Positions 24,400 through 32,446 of a stretch of DNA of 34,912 bases are shown one piece after another. Source of the DNA: a virus (lineage: Duplodnaviria; Caudoviricetes). The position numbers and the translations under genes were made by a program. The stretch spans positions 1-34,912 of IMG/VR virus record IMGVR_UViG_3300046805_000140. One strand, written 5' to 3'. Within the stretch, counting starts at the first letter, position 1. Every line of letters begins with the position of its first letter. Below the pieces are notes generated by a model. That model was not told the origin of the DNA and searched no databases. It saw only the letters and a program-made list of their open reading frames with translations.

Positions 24400-24602
24400 T
24401 TAATATGGAGATACCAGATCCATTTCAAACCTTTGTATCAAAGAAATATGCAAATGCTAAAGGCTATGTCCATGATTGGTTTAGCGGTGAATGGTCTTAT
24501 ACTTGCTCTACTTGTAAAGAAGGTCTTTCTGGTCCGTCCCGCAAAATATTAACAAAGATAAGATTGTTTCATACTAGGAATGAGTGTTTAAATGGCTACT
24601 GA
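24396..24602 (+). CDS. Small Zn-finger protein
   Basis: CSTC...H....C; ATGA overlap. Confidence 0.65.
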   Translation: MINMEIPDPFQTFVSKKYANAKGYVHDWFSGEWSYTCSTCKEGLSGPSRKILTKIRLFHTRNECLNGY

Positions 24603-24687
24603 ATGCAGTCATACTTGGTATATGCGTGAAGATGGTATACAATGTACTAAGTGTTTGGTTATATGGGAGAGCGATGAAAGAACCTAA
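24592..24687 (+). CDS. Small Zn-ribbon peptide (CSHTW...CTKC)
   Basis: 31 aa. Confidence 0.5.
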   Translation: MATECSHTWYMREDGIQCTKCLVIWESDERT

Positions 24688-24790
24688 GATTATACAGATG
24701 GACTGGAAAGCACTAGGATATGAAAGGATGTATGTAGATGGACGGATCAAGTGGGTTCCTCAGCAGATCAAAAACGATTCAGAGGACTAG
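24674..24790 (+). CDS. Small hypothetical protein
   Basis: Start reassigned to ATG 24674 (GGGAG RBS). Confidence 0.5.
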   Translation: MKEPKIIQMDWKALGYERMYVDGRIKWVPQQIKNDSED

Positions 24791-24998
24791 GATAGTACCA
24801 TTACGATGGATAGGTAATTTCCTTGGTGAATATGCAGGCAATCATTTAGTTAAGGCTATTGATTTAGATGAGGCATTAGATAGTAATTTAGGATTTCGTT
24901 ATAAATACCACGCCAAAATGTGGAAATATCTTAATAAGCCTTATGAGTGGTGGGGTACTTCCTATACTATAGATATGGAAGCGTGGAGAGAAAACTAA
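24738..24998 (+). CDS. Hypothetical protein
   Basis: 86 aa ORF; start uncertain. Confidence 0.55.
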   Translation: MDGSSGFLSRSKTIQRTRIVPLRWIGNFLGEYAGNHLVKAIDLDEALDSNLGFRYKYHAKMWKYLNKPYEWWGTSYTIDMEAWREN

Positions 24999-25066
24999 CA
25001 GATGTCGAGTCGAAGACTCGTATGGTTGTTTAAGTATCTCTATTTTCGCCGAACTTTAAAAGCGTA

Positions 25067-25315
25067 TTAAGCGATTTCGCCCGAACCTGTAATCGATCCA
25101 GCGCCGTCAATACCTTTAGGGAATGTGTATAGAGTCCAAGAACCGTTTGGTGCTCCGCCCACTTCTGGTGCGTACCCTGGGTTGCCTGGGTTGCCAGTGC
25201 GAATGAAATAGTATCCTGCTATACCGTAGGGGTTACCGTCTGTAAGAACTGTTGCTCCTAAACCGTAGTACCCTCCATTGTTATAGAGACCTTGATAATT
25301 TGGTGGAGTTGTCAT
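25067..25315 (-). CDS. Gly/Tyr/Pro-rich hypothetical protein
   Basis: 82 aa; TGATATAAT 7 nt before ATG. Confidence 0.7.
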   Translation of the reverse strand: MTTPPNYQGLYNNGGYYGLGATVLTDGNPYGIAGYYFIRTGNPGNPGYAPEVGGAPNGSWTLYTFPKGIDGAGSITGSGEIA

Positions 25316-25371
25316 AAGATTATTATATCATCGTATTTGACATAGCCTGCCAAGCACGGTATAATTAAAGT

Positions 25372-25515
25372 ATGACAAACCAAGAGATAGCAAAACTATT
25401 GGATCAAGAATCCTATCGCATATGGGACACTACTAAGGTTATTAAGAATCAAGACTATCACGATGGATTAGTAAAAGGACTAAAGATGGCATCTAAATTG
25501 GTGGCTAAACTATGA
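25372..25515 (+). CDS. Small hypothetical protein
   Basis: 47 aa; TTGACA-17-TATAAT leaderless. Confidence 0.65.
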   Translation: MTNQEIAKLLDQESYRIWDTTKVIKNQDYHDGLVKGLKMASKLVAKL

Positions 25516-25685
25516 GCCTAGACGAAATGACATTACGAGAAGAGATTGCAAGGGCTATTGAAGCCATTTCAATTGAAGAATCTGTAACTAATGCAGTTGG
25601 TATGCGTATGCTTGCTGCAAAGGTAGCAAGAGGAGAAGATAATTATATGACAAACATGTTTGAATTGCAGGTTGATTTCGAATAA
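25512..25685 (+). CDS. Small hypothetical protein (LREEIARAIEA)
   Basis: 57 aa; ATGA overlap. Confidence 0.65.
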   Translation: MSLDEMTLREEIARAIEAISIEESVTNAVGMRMLAAKVARGEDNYMTNMFELQVDFE

Positions 25686-25709
25686 TTGCTCGTATGATAT
25701 AATTATATA

Positions 25710-25847
25710 ATGATTGCAACTAGAAACGAAGATAAATGTCACTATTGTGATAAGGCTGGGTTATATACTCAACTTGTTGGAGAAGATCCAGACTATTCTA
25801 TGGCTCTAGTATGCAAACGGCATTTGATCTTTGACATGTCGTCCTAA
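25710..25847 (+). CDS. Small Zn-finger protein (CHYC...CKRH)
   Basis: 45 aa; leaderless TGATATAAT. Confidence 0.65.
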   Translation: MIATRNEDKCHYCDKAGLYTQLVGEDPDYSMALVCKRHLIFDMSS

Positions 25848-25865
25848 GTATGATATGATTGTTAT

Positions 25866-25991
25866 ATGAAAAATACTTATAAGTGTCCAGAATGCAAAAC
25901 CTCTATTGTAATTACTACTAAGGTTCATTCTCTTCCTGAATCCATCATGTGTCCCTGCGATATTGTGATGCCATTAGAATCATCTAAATAA
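25866..25991 (+). CDS. Small Zn-ribbon protein (CPEC...CPC)
   Basis: 41 aa; leaderless. Confidence 0.65.
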   Translation: MKNTYKCPECKTSIVITTKVHSLPESIMCPCDIVMPLESSK

Positions 25992-25992
25992 A

Positions 25993-26211
25993 ATGTGGTC
26001 TTGGGTCTTAGCCTTCATTGGCGTGTCTGGAATATTCTTGGTTGGTCGTAAGACTATCTGGGGATGGATAGTCTTGTGCGTTAATGAATGTCTATGGATC
26101 GTATACGCCTTAACAACAAAGCAATATGGTTTTATATTTGCAGCAGTAGCATATGGAATCGTATACATTAAATCATTTATGCATTGGAGAAAAGATGAAC
26201 TTTCAGTCTGA
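25993..26211 (+). CDS. Three-TM PnuC/SemiSWEET-like membrane protein
   Basis: W......G..G..L.GRK..WGW......LWI.Y....QYG......Y......F..W. Confidence 0.7.
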   Translation: MWSWVLAFIGVSGIFLVGRKTIWGWIVLCVNECLWIVYALTTKQYGFIFAAVAYGIVYIKSFMHWRKDELSV

Positions 26212-26632
26212 GTCAAAAAGGTCTGGGGATAGGTTTGAAGACTTAGTTCTTTTAGATTTACAGGCTAGAGGATTTAATAAGATAGATAAGAATGTATACA
26301 TGCCACGTACTGGATGTGAGGTAGACTTTGTTGCCCATGGGGATAGGTTTGAATATGTAGAGTGCAAGGGTGGTCTTGAAGGTGAAAAGAAGCGTCCTGG
26401 TGCAAAGAGAACAGACAATGTAAAGAAGGCTGTTGCTAACGGATCAATCATGAAGAAGGTGTATGAGGAGATGTACTATGTTGTATATTTTTCTGACACA
26501 CCTGAGCCAGGATCTTATTCAGATGAGATGATACACATAGCATTAAAGTATGGTATTATTGATGAGGTGAGATACCTACTGCCAAGCAAAGAAGAGCAAG
26601 CAGTACAACTATTTGAAGGAGCATTACAATGA
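26195..26632 (+). CDS. PD-(D/E)XK nuclease
   Basis: G..FE..V...L...GF, EVDFVA, YVECKG; ATG 26195 with GGAG RBS. Confidence 0.75.
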   Translation: MNFQSESKRSGDRFEDLVLLDLQARGFNKIDKNVYMPRTGCEVDFVAHGDRFEYVECKGGLEGEKKRPGAKRTDNVKKAVANGSIMKKVYEEMYYVVYFSDTPEPGSYSDEMIHIALKYGIIDEVRYLLPSKEEQAVQLFEGALQ

Positions 26633-26931
26633 AACTAGAAGCAGGAATTGGGTACCTAACAGAATGGTACAAGAATAACGATGGATCATTAGTTAGAGAT
26701 TTTACATTTAGAGATTTTGGTAATTACGTATGGATTGTTAAGCAGTTTGCAAAGCATGAAGATGAGACACAGGTTGGTATGAATATGGCTCATCAGTTAG
26801 ATCCAAACAGTGGTGGCGTAACTGAAAGAAGTGTTGATGATATTTGTAACAAGGCACTTCGCAAAGAAGATGCTCTTTATACTGAGTTGCAGTTTACACA
26901 CGACTGTACATGCTGCGCTGCATCAATCTAA
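26629..26931 (+). CDS. Hypothetical protein
   Basis: 100 aa; AAGGAG RBS; ATGA overlap. Confidence 0.7.
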   Translation: MKLEAGIGYLTEWYKNNDGSLVRDFTFRDFGNYVWIVKQFAKHEDETQVGMNMAHQLDPNSGGVTERSVDDICNKALRKEDALYTELQFTHDCTCCAASI

Positions 26932-26952
26932 AACTATTAGTAAGGGAAGTTT

Positions 26953-27636
26953 ATGACTGGTAAGTTAGTTGTTGGCTCTATGCCAATTGGAAATCCAGAT
27001 GATATCACTATTAGAATGCTTAAGGCTATACATGATTGCGATATTATTTATTCTGATTACTTACCAGATAATATAAACAATCTTTTAAAGTTATATAGTA
27101 TAGAGAAAGAAGTTGTTGTTCTTAATAGTACTAACACTATGCATGCAGACATGGATCAGGTTAATGATGTTGTGCTGCTTATATCCCGTGGTAAAACCGT
27201 TCTTCTTGTTGCTGGTGAGGGACAAGTAGGCGTTGCTGATCCAGGAACACAATTTATACAAGCATGTATAGAAAAGTCTTTGCCGTATACCGTGCTTCCT
27301 GGACCTAGTGCATTCATGACTGCGTTTGTTGCTAGTGGAATAGTTAATGGTGATTTCTTTATATCTTGCAACATGTCAAAGCCAGAGGATGTTTTAGAAA
27401 GATTTAGAACATCTGGAACTCCCGTAGTTGTCTTGGTATGGCAAGATAAACTAACACCTATACTAGAACATGTAAGAGATTGTTTTTCAATAAACAAGAT
27501 TATAACTCTTGCATGTGATATGACCATGGATTCAGAAATGTTCTTAACTGGAACAGCAAAAGAATTATTGGCTAATCCAAGGTTTAAACTAATTAATCAA
27601 TCAACAAAGATTGCATTAGTTATGCATGACAACTAA
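26953..27636 (+). CDS. rsmI: RsmI-like tetrapyrrole-methylase-family SAM methyltransferase
   Basis: GKL.V...PIGN..DIT.R, G..V.LV...G...V.DPG, LPGPSA..TA...SG. Confidence 0.75.
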   Translation: MTGKLVVGSMPIGNPDDITIRMLKAIHDCDIIYSDYLPDNINNLLKLYSIEKEVVVLNSTNTMHADMDQVNDVVLLISRGKTVLLVAGEGQVGVADPGTQFIQACIEKSLPYTVLPGPSAFMTAFVASGIVNGDFFISCNMSKPEDVLERFRTSGTPVVVLVWQDKLTPILEHVRDCFSINKIITLACDMTMDSEMFLTGTAKELLANPRFKLINQSTKIALVMHDN

Positions 27637-28196
27637 GACAGGAACCTAGTAATAGCATACTTTGTTCCAGATTTAATTGGTAAAGAAGTATGAGAAAATA
27701 GATAAGACGATGGGAATATTAGCAAGGTATCTGATATAGGGCTTACAATTTTATCAAAGTTGTGAAATTGTAAATCTCCACCTTCATAGTTATCGTTTAC
27801 ATAGTAAACAAGTGAGACTCTAGACTTGAATGATCCGTGGTCATCGTGATGTCTTTTAAATGTATTTCCCTCTTCATATTTTAAACACTGCCAATGTGTT
27901 GATCCTAGAGGGCTAAAGGTTGCTTTATATTCAGTACAGTAATCATAAAGCCTATCGGTTATTGGCCTCAACAGTTCATTAAGTTTTACTGCTGTTTCAT
28001 CTACAACTTTGTCAGTTGCAGCAAAAGATATCTGCCAGAAGTTGTGTTTATCTTTATTTGGTGGACGATCCCATGTTTTATTTAAGGTGTTTGCATACTC
28101 TTCAACGTCAGGAATAACGTCGATACCTTGCAGTACATTGTGATATCTGTGAACACCAGGCATAAGCAATTCATAATCAAACATACTACTTTCCAA
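27633..28196 (-). CDS. Prolyl-4-hydroxylase-like 2OG-Fe(II) oxygenase
   Basis: KY.EG..F..HHD, SLVYYVNDNYEGG.L.F, IFPS...F.H...P..SG.KY. Confidence 0.85.
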   Translation of the reverse strand: MESSMFDYELLMPGVHRYHNVLQGIDVIPDVEEYANTLNKTWDRPPNKDKHNFWQISFAATDKVVDETAVKLNELLRPITDRLYDYCTEYKATFSPLGSTHWQCLKYEEGNTFKRHHDDHGSFKSRVSLVYYVNDNYEGGDLQFHNFDKIVSPISDTLLIFPSSYLFSHTSLPIKSGTKYAITRFLS

Positions 28197-28734
28197 ATCC
28201 TACTATTACAAACCTATCTGCATCCCTAACCTCTGACACTTCGTGAGTAAAAAGATAGGCTGATGGGAAAACTAAAAACTCATTTTTCTTTGGCTGTATT
28301 CTTAAATTTATTAATGGGAAAAATATTTCACCACCAGTATAGTCATCATTTATATATAAAACAGTTGATACACGTCTAGGGTGACTAAAAGTATCATCTT
28401 TGTGTGCTCCAAAAAAACAGCCTGGCTCATAAATCATTGCTCTAGGTGTTTCATGTTCAAGAAGTTCAACATCATATTTTTTGCAATAGTCTAACAAGAT
28501 CTCATCTAACTTTTTAATTTTATCTAAAACACTAACAGCAAAGTCATCGTTCTTAAATAGTACATATTGGTGATAAGATCTGCTTAACTTTCCAGGGTTT
28601 CTGTGGTCTGGCCAGGTATCGTGTTTCCATTTATCAGAGGCTGAACTATCTTTCATGTATGACAACAAACCATCGATATCATCAAGAACGTTGCTATAAA
28701 GAACAACTCCTGGGAATAATTCTTTTTCTTCCAA
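28186..28734 (-). CDS. Prolyl-4-hydroxylase-like 2OG-Fe(II) oxygenase
   Basis: HKD, YINDDYTGGEI.F, FPS...H.V...R. Confidence 0.85.
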   Translation of the reverse strand: MEEKELFPGVVLYSNVLDDIDGLLSYMKDSSASDKWKHDTWPDHRNPGKLSRSYHQYVLFKNDDFAVSVLDKIKKLDEILLDYCKKYDVELLEHETPRAMIYEPGCFFGAHKDDTFSHPRRVSTVLYINDDYTGGEIFFPLINLRIQPKKNEFLVFPSAYLFTHEVSEVRDADRFVIVGFGK

Positions 28735-28735
28735 G

Positions 28736-29467
28736 TTAGTAAGTTTCTTCTATTTTAAACTGTTGCTTGTTTAATTCAGAAATATAACTTAACTTTGCCT
28801 TGTATGGGTTTGGAAGTTTGTTTAATCTTTTTTGTTTTTCAACCTCATCGATGTTGCAGAAGAAGGCAACCATTGTATATCTTGGCTCACCCTCACCAAT
28901 ATCTGTAATTCTGTGCTCGTATATGTAGGATGATGGGAATAAAAATAGTTGATTTGCTTTTGGCTTTATCTTTACACCAAAGTGAATGAATTCTAGTTCC
29001 CCGCCTTCGTATGCATCATTAGGGTAGTAGACCATAGAAACTGTTCTTGGTGTACCATATGAATCATCTGGGTGCATTCCAAAATAATCTCCTACTTTAA
29101 ATTTACTAATTCTCCACCACTCACGGCTTCTAGTATCTAGATCGTAGTGCCATTGGTATGAGTCTACAACCTCTTCAAATGCTTCACAAAGCATCTCATC
29201 TCTTCCGTCTTTGTCTCCTGATTTAACCCATGCGCTAACACCTTGCTTACCAACTTCTTTTGGAATGGGATTTCCGTCAGCGTCAATAATATAATCTTCT
29301 CTTTCAAACTTGCCTTCTGCATCTAGTGTTCTCATAAAATCCATGCCACCATCCCATACATTATCGTATATGTGCACTCCAGGTGCTGGGGATGTGTATT
29401 CAAATGCATTACCTTTTCTACTTACGGTAATCATTTTTTCTTTGTTGGCTAACTTGTCTTGATCCAT
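28736..29467 (-). CDS. Prolyl-4-hydroxylase-like 2OG-Fe(II) oxygenase
   Basis: HPD, YPNDAYEGGELEF, FPS...H.I...RY; ATG 29467 with GAAAGAG RBS. Confidence 0.85.
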   Translation of the reverse strand: MDQDKLANKEKMITVSRKGNAFEYTSPAPGVHIYDNVWDGGMDFMRTLDAEGKFEREDYIIDADGNPIPKEVGKQGVSAWVKSGDKDGRDEMLCEAFEEVVDSYQWHYDLDTRSREWWRISKFKVGDYFGMHPDDSYGTPRTVSMVYYPNDAYEGGELEFIHFGVKIKPKANQLFLFPSSYIYEHRITDIGEGEPRYTMVAFFCNIDEVEKQKRLNKLPNPYKAKLSYISELNKQQFKIEETY

Positions 29468-29575
29468 GGTGAATTCTCTTTCTTGTAGACTATACAATTA
29501 TAGCACATTGTGATATAATAAGTATACCTGCCCAAATGGGGGTAAATTAACTTATTCGCTTGAAAGGGGAATAAC

Positions 29576-29989
29576 ATGGTAACAACAACCTTGGATCTTT
29601 TTAATGATCCTTTTTTTATTGGCTTCAACAGAGAGTTGAGTCGCCTAAACACAGCACATAAAACAAACTCACACACATATCCTCCTTATGATCTTCTAAA
29701 ACTAGATGAAGACACATATAGAATCTCATTGGCTATTGCTGGATTCTCCAGGGAAGATATTAATGTATCAGTAGAAAATGGAACTCTTATCATTAAAGGT
29801 GAGATTGTAGAAGTAACAGATGCTGAAGTGGTCCACAAGGGCATTGCTGGTCGTAGATTTGTACGATCCTTTGCTCTTGGAGAATACATGGAAGTAACTG
29901 GGGCTGAAATGAAGGATGGTATGCTACACATTAATGTAGACCGTATTGTGCCTGAAGATAAAAAGCCAAAATCTATTGAAATTAAGTAG
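29576..29989 (+). CDS. hsp20: Small heat-shock protein Hsp20 (IbpA-like)
   Basis: YPPYD, LAIAGF, L.IKG, HKGIA.R.F.RSF.L, A.MKDGML.I, PE..KP..I.I. Confidence 0.92.
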   Translation: MVTTTLDLFNDPFFIGFNRELSRLNTAHKTNSHTYPPYDLLKLDEDTYRISLAIAGFSREDINVSVENGTLIIKGEIVEVTDAEVVHKGIAGRRFVRSFALGEYMEVTGAEMKDGMLHINVDRIVPEDKKPKSIEIK

Positions 29990-30002
29990 TATAATTGGAT
30001 AA

Positions 30003-30118
30003 CATTCCGAAACCAAGACTTTAAAAGGTTTTTGTAACGGATGCTCTATCGATTAGAGAGTTAGCAGGAGTCGAATCTTCGTGGCTAATAGACCTGAGCA
30101 GTAGTCTATAAACTGCTC
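30003..30118 (+). ncRNA. Structured intergenic RNA ending in pseudoknot copy 6 (30088-30118)
   Basis: TATAAT at ~29990; stems CATTCCG/CGGATG, AACC/GGTT, CTCTA/TAGAG, TTAGC/GCTAA; then ATAGAC-CT-GAGCAG-TA-GTCTAT-AAA-CTGCTC. Confidence 0.6.
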
Positions 30119-30175
30119 ACCTTGACTTTCTGTGTCTTATAGGGTATACTTATTATATAACCGATTGGAGTAAAT

Positions 30176-30268
30176 ATGATTCACTCTTTATTTTTAATTC
30201 CCGCTTTTATTGCTGGCTATTTTGCATGCTATTTAGCAATGACATACAGAGTAAACCAAGATGACTAG
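30176..30268 (+). CDS. Small membrane peptide
   Basis: 30 aa; TTGACT-17-TATACT promoter and GGAG RBS. Confidence 0.6.
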   Translation: MIHSLFLIPAFIAGYFACYLAMTYRVNQDD

Positions 30269-30365
30269 AACACTGGTCTGTCCTGTTTGTAAAAAAGAAT
30301 GGGAACTTCGTTGGGGCATCATGGCAAATGAAAGTTTATCTAGACATACAAAGGAGCACAAATAA
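30261..30365 (+). CDS. C2H2 Zn-finger peptide
   Basis: CPVC...L.RH...H. Confidence 0.6.
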   Translation: MTRTLVCPVCKKEWELRWGIMANESLSRHTKEHK

Positions 30366-30523
30366 TGGCATGTTCATGCGGATTTTCTACTGACTATCCA
30401 AACTGTAATGGAACACACAAGGTAGTAAAAACAGTAAAGACAAAGTTGTTGCAAAAGATTAATGAGATTGAATTAGATCCAGATACCAAAGCAACCGTAT
30501 TAAAAGCAATTACTGAACTTTAG
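30365..30523 (+). CDS. CDGSH-type iron-sulfur domain protein
   Basis: CSCGFSTDYPNCNGTH fits C-x-C-x2-S-x3-P-x-C-D/N-G-S/T-H; AAGGAG RBS. Confidence 0.75.
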   Translation: MACSCGFSTDYPNCNGTHKVVKTVKTKLLQKINEIELDPDTKATVLKAITEL

Positions 30524-31049
30524 GACCTTTAAACCCTATACCAATATTGTATCTTGGACTACCAGTCATTGGCTTTACCTCATGTAAGAACTTTGACTGG
30601 TATATAAGTATGTCTCCAGGGTTTGGCTTGTACTCTATACCATGATCTGGAAAGTTTATTTCTCCCCCAGAAAAATCATTATTAATATAAAACATACATA
30701 TAAAGTTGTCCTTATTTTTTAACTTATCATCCTTATGAACACCCATGCCACCATCTAATAGTTTAGATACAGTTATGAACTTTTTCTTTAGTTCCATGTT
30801 GTCAATATTATATTTTGTCATGTAAGAATATATTGGATCAACCACACACTTTAGAAACTCTGATCTAAGAAGTGTCGCATCGTAAGAGTCTGTATCGCAA
30901 ATGAAGTTCGGCAATTCCATTGTAAGGTGTGGCCTTCTGGATACTTCTGCTAGTGGATATGCTTTAGATGCTGATTCTATCAAGGATACCCAAGACTTTG
31001 GGTTTATGGGGACATTGAATAGTTCTATCTTGTCTGCTAAAGTAATCAT
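30510..31049 (-). CDS. Prolyl-4-hydroxylase-like 2OG-Fe(II) oxygenase
   Basis: HKD, YINNDFSGGEI.F, HEV.P...RY. Confidence 0.85.
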   Translation of the reverse strand: MITLADKIELFNVPINPKSWVSLIESASKAYPLAEVSRRPHLTMELPNFICDTDSYDATLLRSEFLKCVVDPIYSYMTKYNIDNMELKKKFITVSKLLDGGMGVHKDDKLKNKDNFICMFYINNDFSGGEINFPDHGIEYKPNPGDILIYQSKFLHEVKPMTGSPRYNIGIGFKGPKVQ

Positions 31050-31648
31050 GCTTCTCCAAATAATTTTTTGTGATTTATATTTTTAGATATAAAATCTTTA
31101 TAGTCTTTATATTCTACCACTAGTGGGTCAATCCACCAGTCTTCAAAAGCAATTGAAAAATATTTTAAGTCTTCTACTACTAAGACATATCCAAGATCTG
31201 ATAATATTTTTTGAGACTCTATCTTGTTAGATATATTGTCATATCCATTGTGCTCATATGTTATTACGGAGAACCTGTACTTATCCATAGGAAGGGCTTT
31301 TAAAGCCTCTAGCGTGGCTTCTGCGGGGTGTATATCCATCTGTAAGTAGTCTAACTGGGATGGAACATCATTAGATAAGAAATAGTTTAAGTAATCAAAA
31401 GATATTGCATCTTCGCACAAGGTTTTATTTTTTCTAGTTAGGTTGTAGTTTTCTGCACGGACTGGATCATTCTCAAAAGATACTCCACTCCAACCATACT
31501 CAGACTCAAGTAGGTAGGTGTTGCTATTTTTGGTAGGCCACCCAGCACCTAGTTCAAGGTAAAAACCATTTGTCTTTTCCTTTAATACATTTAAAACAAA
31601 AGACTCTTGATGTGCTTGACTACGGCTTTTTGGGAATAGTTTTATCAT
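31046..31648 (-). CDS. FkbM-like SAM-dependent methyltransferase
   Basis: GFYLELGAG.P..NSNT..LE...GW.G, DYLQMDI, F.VIT.EH, FEDWW. Confidence 0.8.
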   Translation of the reverse strand: MIKLFPKSRSQAHQESFVLNVLKEKTNGFYLELGAGWPTKNSNTYLLESEYGWSGVSFENDPVRAENYNLTRKNKTLCEDAISFDYLNYFLSNDVPSQLDYLQMDIHPAEATLEALKALPMDKYRFSVITYEHNGYDNISNKIESQKILSDLGYVLVVEDLKYFSIAFEDWWIDPLVVEYKDYKDFISKNINHKKLFGEA

Positions 31649-31769
31649 TGTTATGCTTGACTAGGTATGGCTCTATTCTAGATTTAATTCTGCCATCTTT
31701 GTATAGTCTTACAATCCAGCCATCTTTGATCTGCATTGGGTTAAACGAGTGTGCTTTTTTCTTTGGCAT
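31620..31769 (-). CDS. Small basic protein MPKKKAHSFNPMQIKDGWIVRLYKDGRIK...
   Basis: 49 aa; TAATG overlap; GGAG RBS. Confidence 0.6.
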   Translation of the reverse strand: MPKKKAHSFNPMQIKDGWIVRLYKDGRIKSRIEPYLVKHNNDKTIPKKP

Positions 31770-32446
31770 TATATCTCCGTCCAGAATAATGATAGTGTAT
31801 ATCTGATACCGCTTGTTACTTTTTCTACCCCATGCATATGGTTACTATCACCCTTAAAACAGATCATCATATTATCTTCTGGTTTAATGTGTAGATTATC
31901 ATAATGAGGGAAGTATAACTCTCCACCATCAAAATCACTATTAATATAAATCATAGTGGAAAAATGTTTTGTCTTATAGTTTTGTTTAAAAAGTTCTATG
32001 TATTCATCAGTCATGCCGAACTCATGCATGTTGTCATAATTGTTTTCTTCATTATCTAAAACGTAGTCTACGTGAGGTCTTTGTTCTCTTCCCACTCTCC
32101 AACGATTCAACAAATACTGCTCATTCTTAACCTTTGTGTTAAATCTTTCTTCTATTTGAAGTTTTGCATCTTCTAAAATTTTATAATACATTGTTAAATC
32201 AAGGTTGTTTTGTTCTAGTATTGCTCTTTTATGTGGAGAAAGGTTTATAGACATGCCTTTCCAGTCTTTGATTCCAGTCCAGTAATCATCTGTTACTTCT
32301 TCTTGCTTTGGATATGATACGTTAAATTCATGATCCCAGTGTGCTTCTGTTTGAGTAACTATATCATTACGAATTTTATTAAACTCTTCTGGACTTAAAA
32401 AATCTTTTACAATTCTATAGTTTGGGTTTGTGTTATCAATAATCAT
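31769..32446 (-). CDS. Prolyl-4-hydroxylase-like 2OG-Fe(II) oxygenase
   Basis: PHVD, YINSDFDGGELYF, HGVEKVTSG.RYT. Confidence 0.85.
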   Translation of the reverse strand: MIIDNTNPNYRIVKDFLSPEEFNKIRNDIVTQTEAHWDHEFNVSYPKQEEVTDDYWTGIKDWKGMSINLSPHKRAILEQNNLDLTMYYKILEDAKLQIEERFNTKVKNEQYLLNRWRVGREQRPHVDYVLDNEENNYDNMHEFGMTDEYIELFKQNYKTKHFSTMIYINSDFDGGELYFPHYDNLHIKPEDNMMICFKGDSNHMHGVEKVTSGIRYTLSLFWTEI

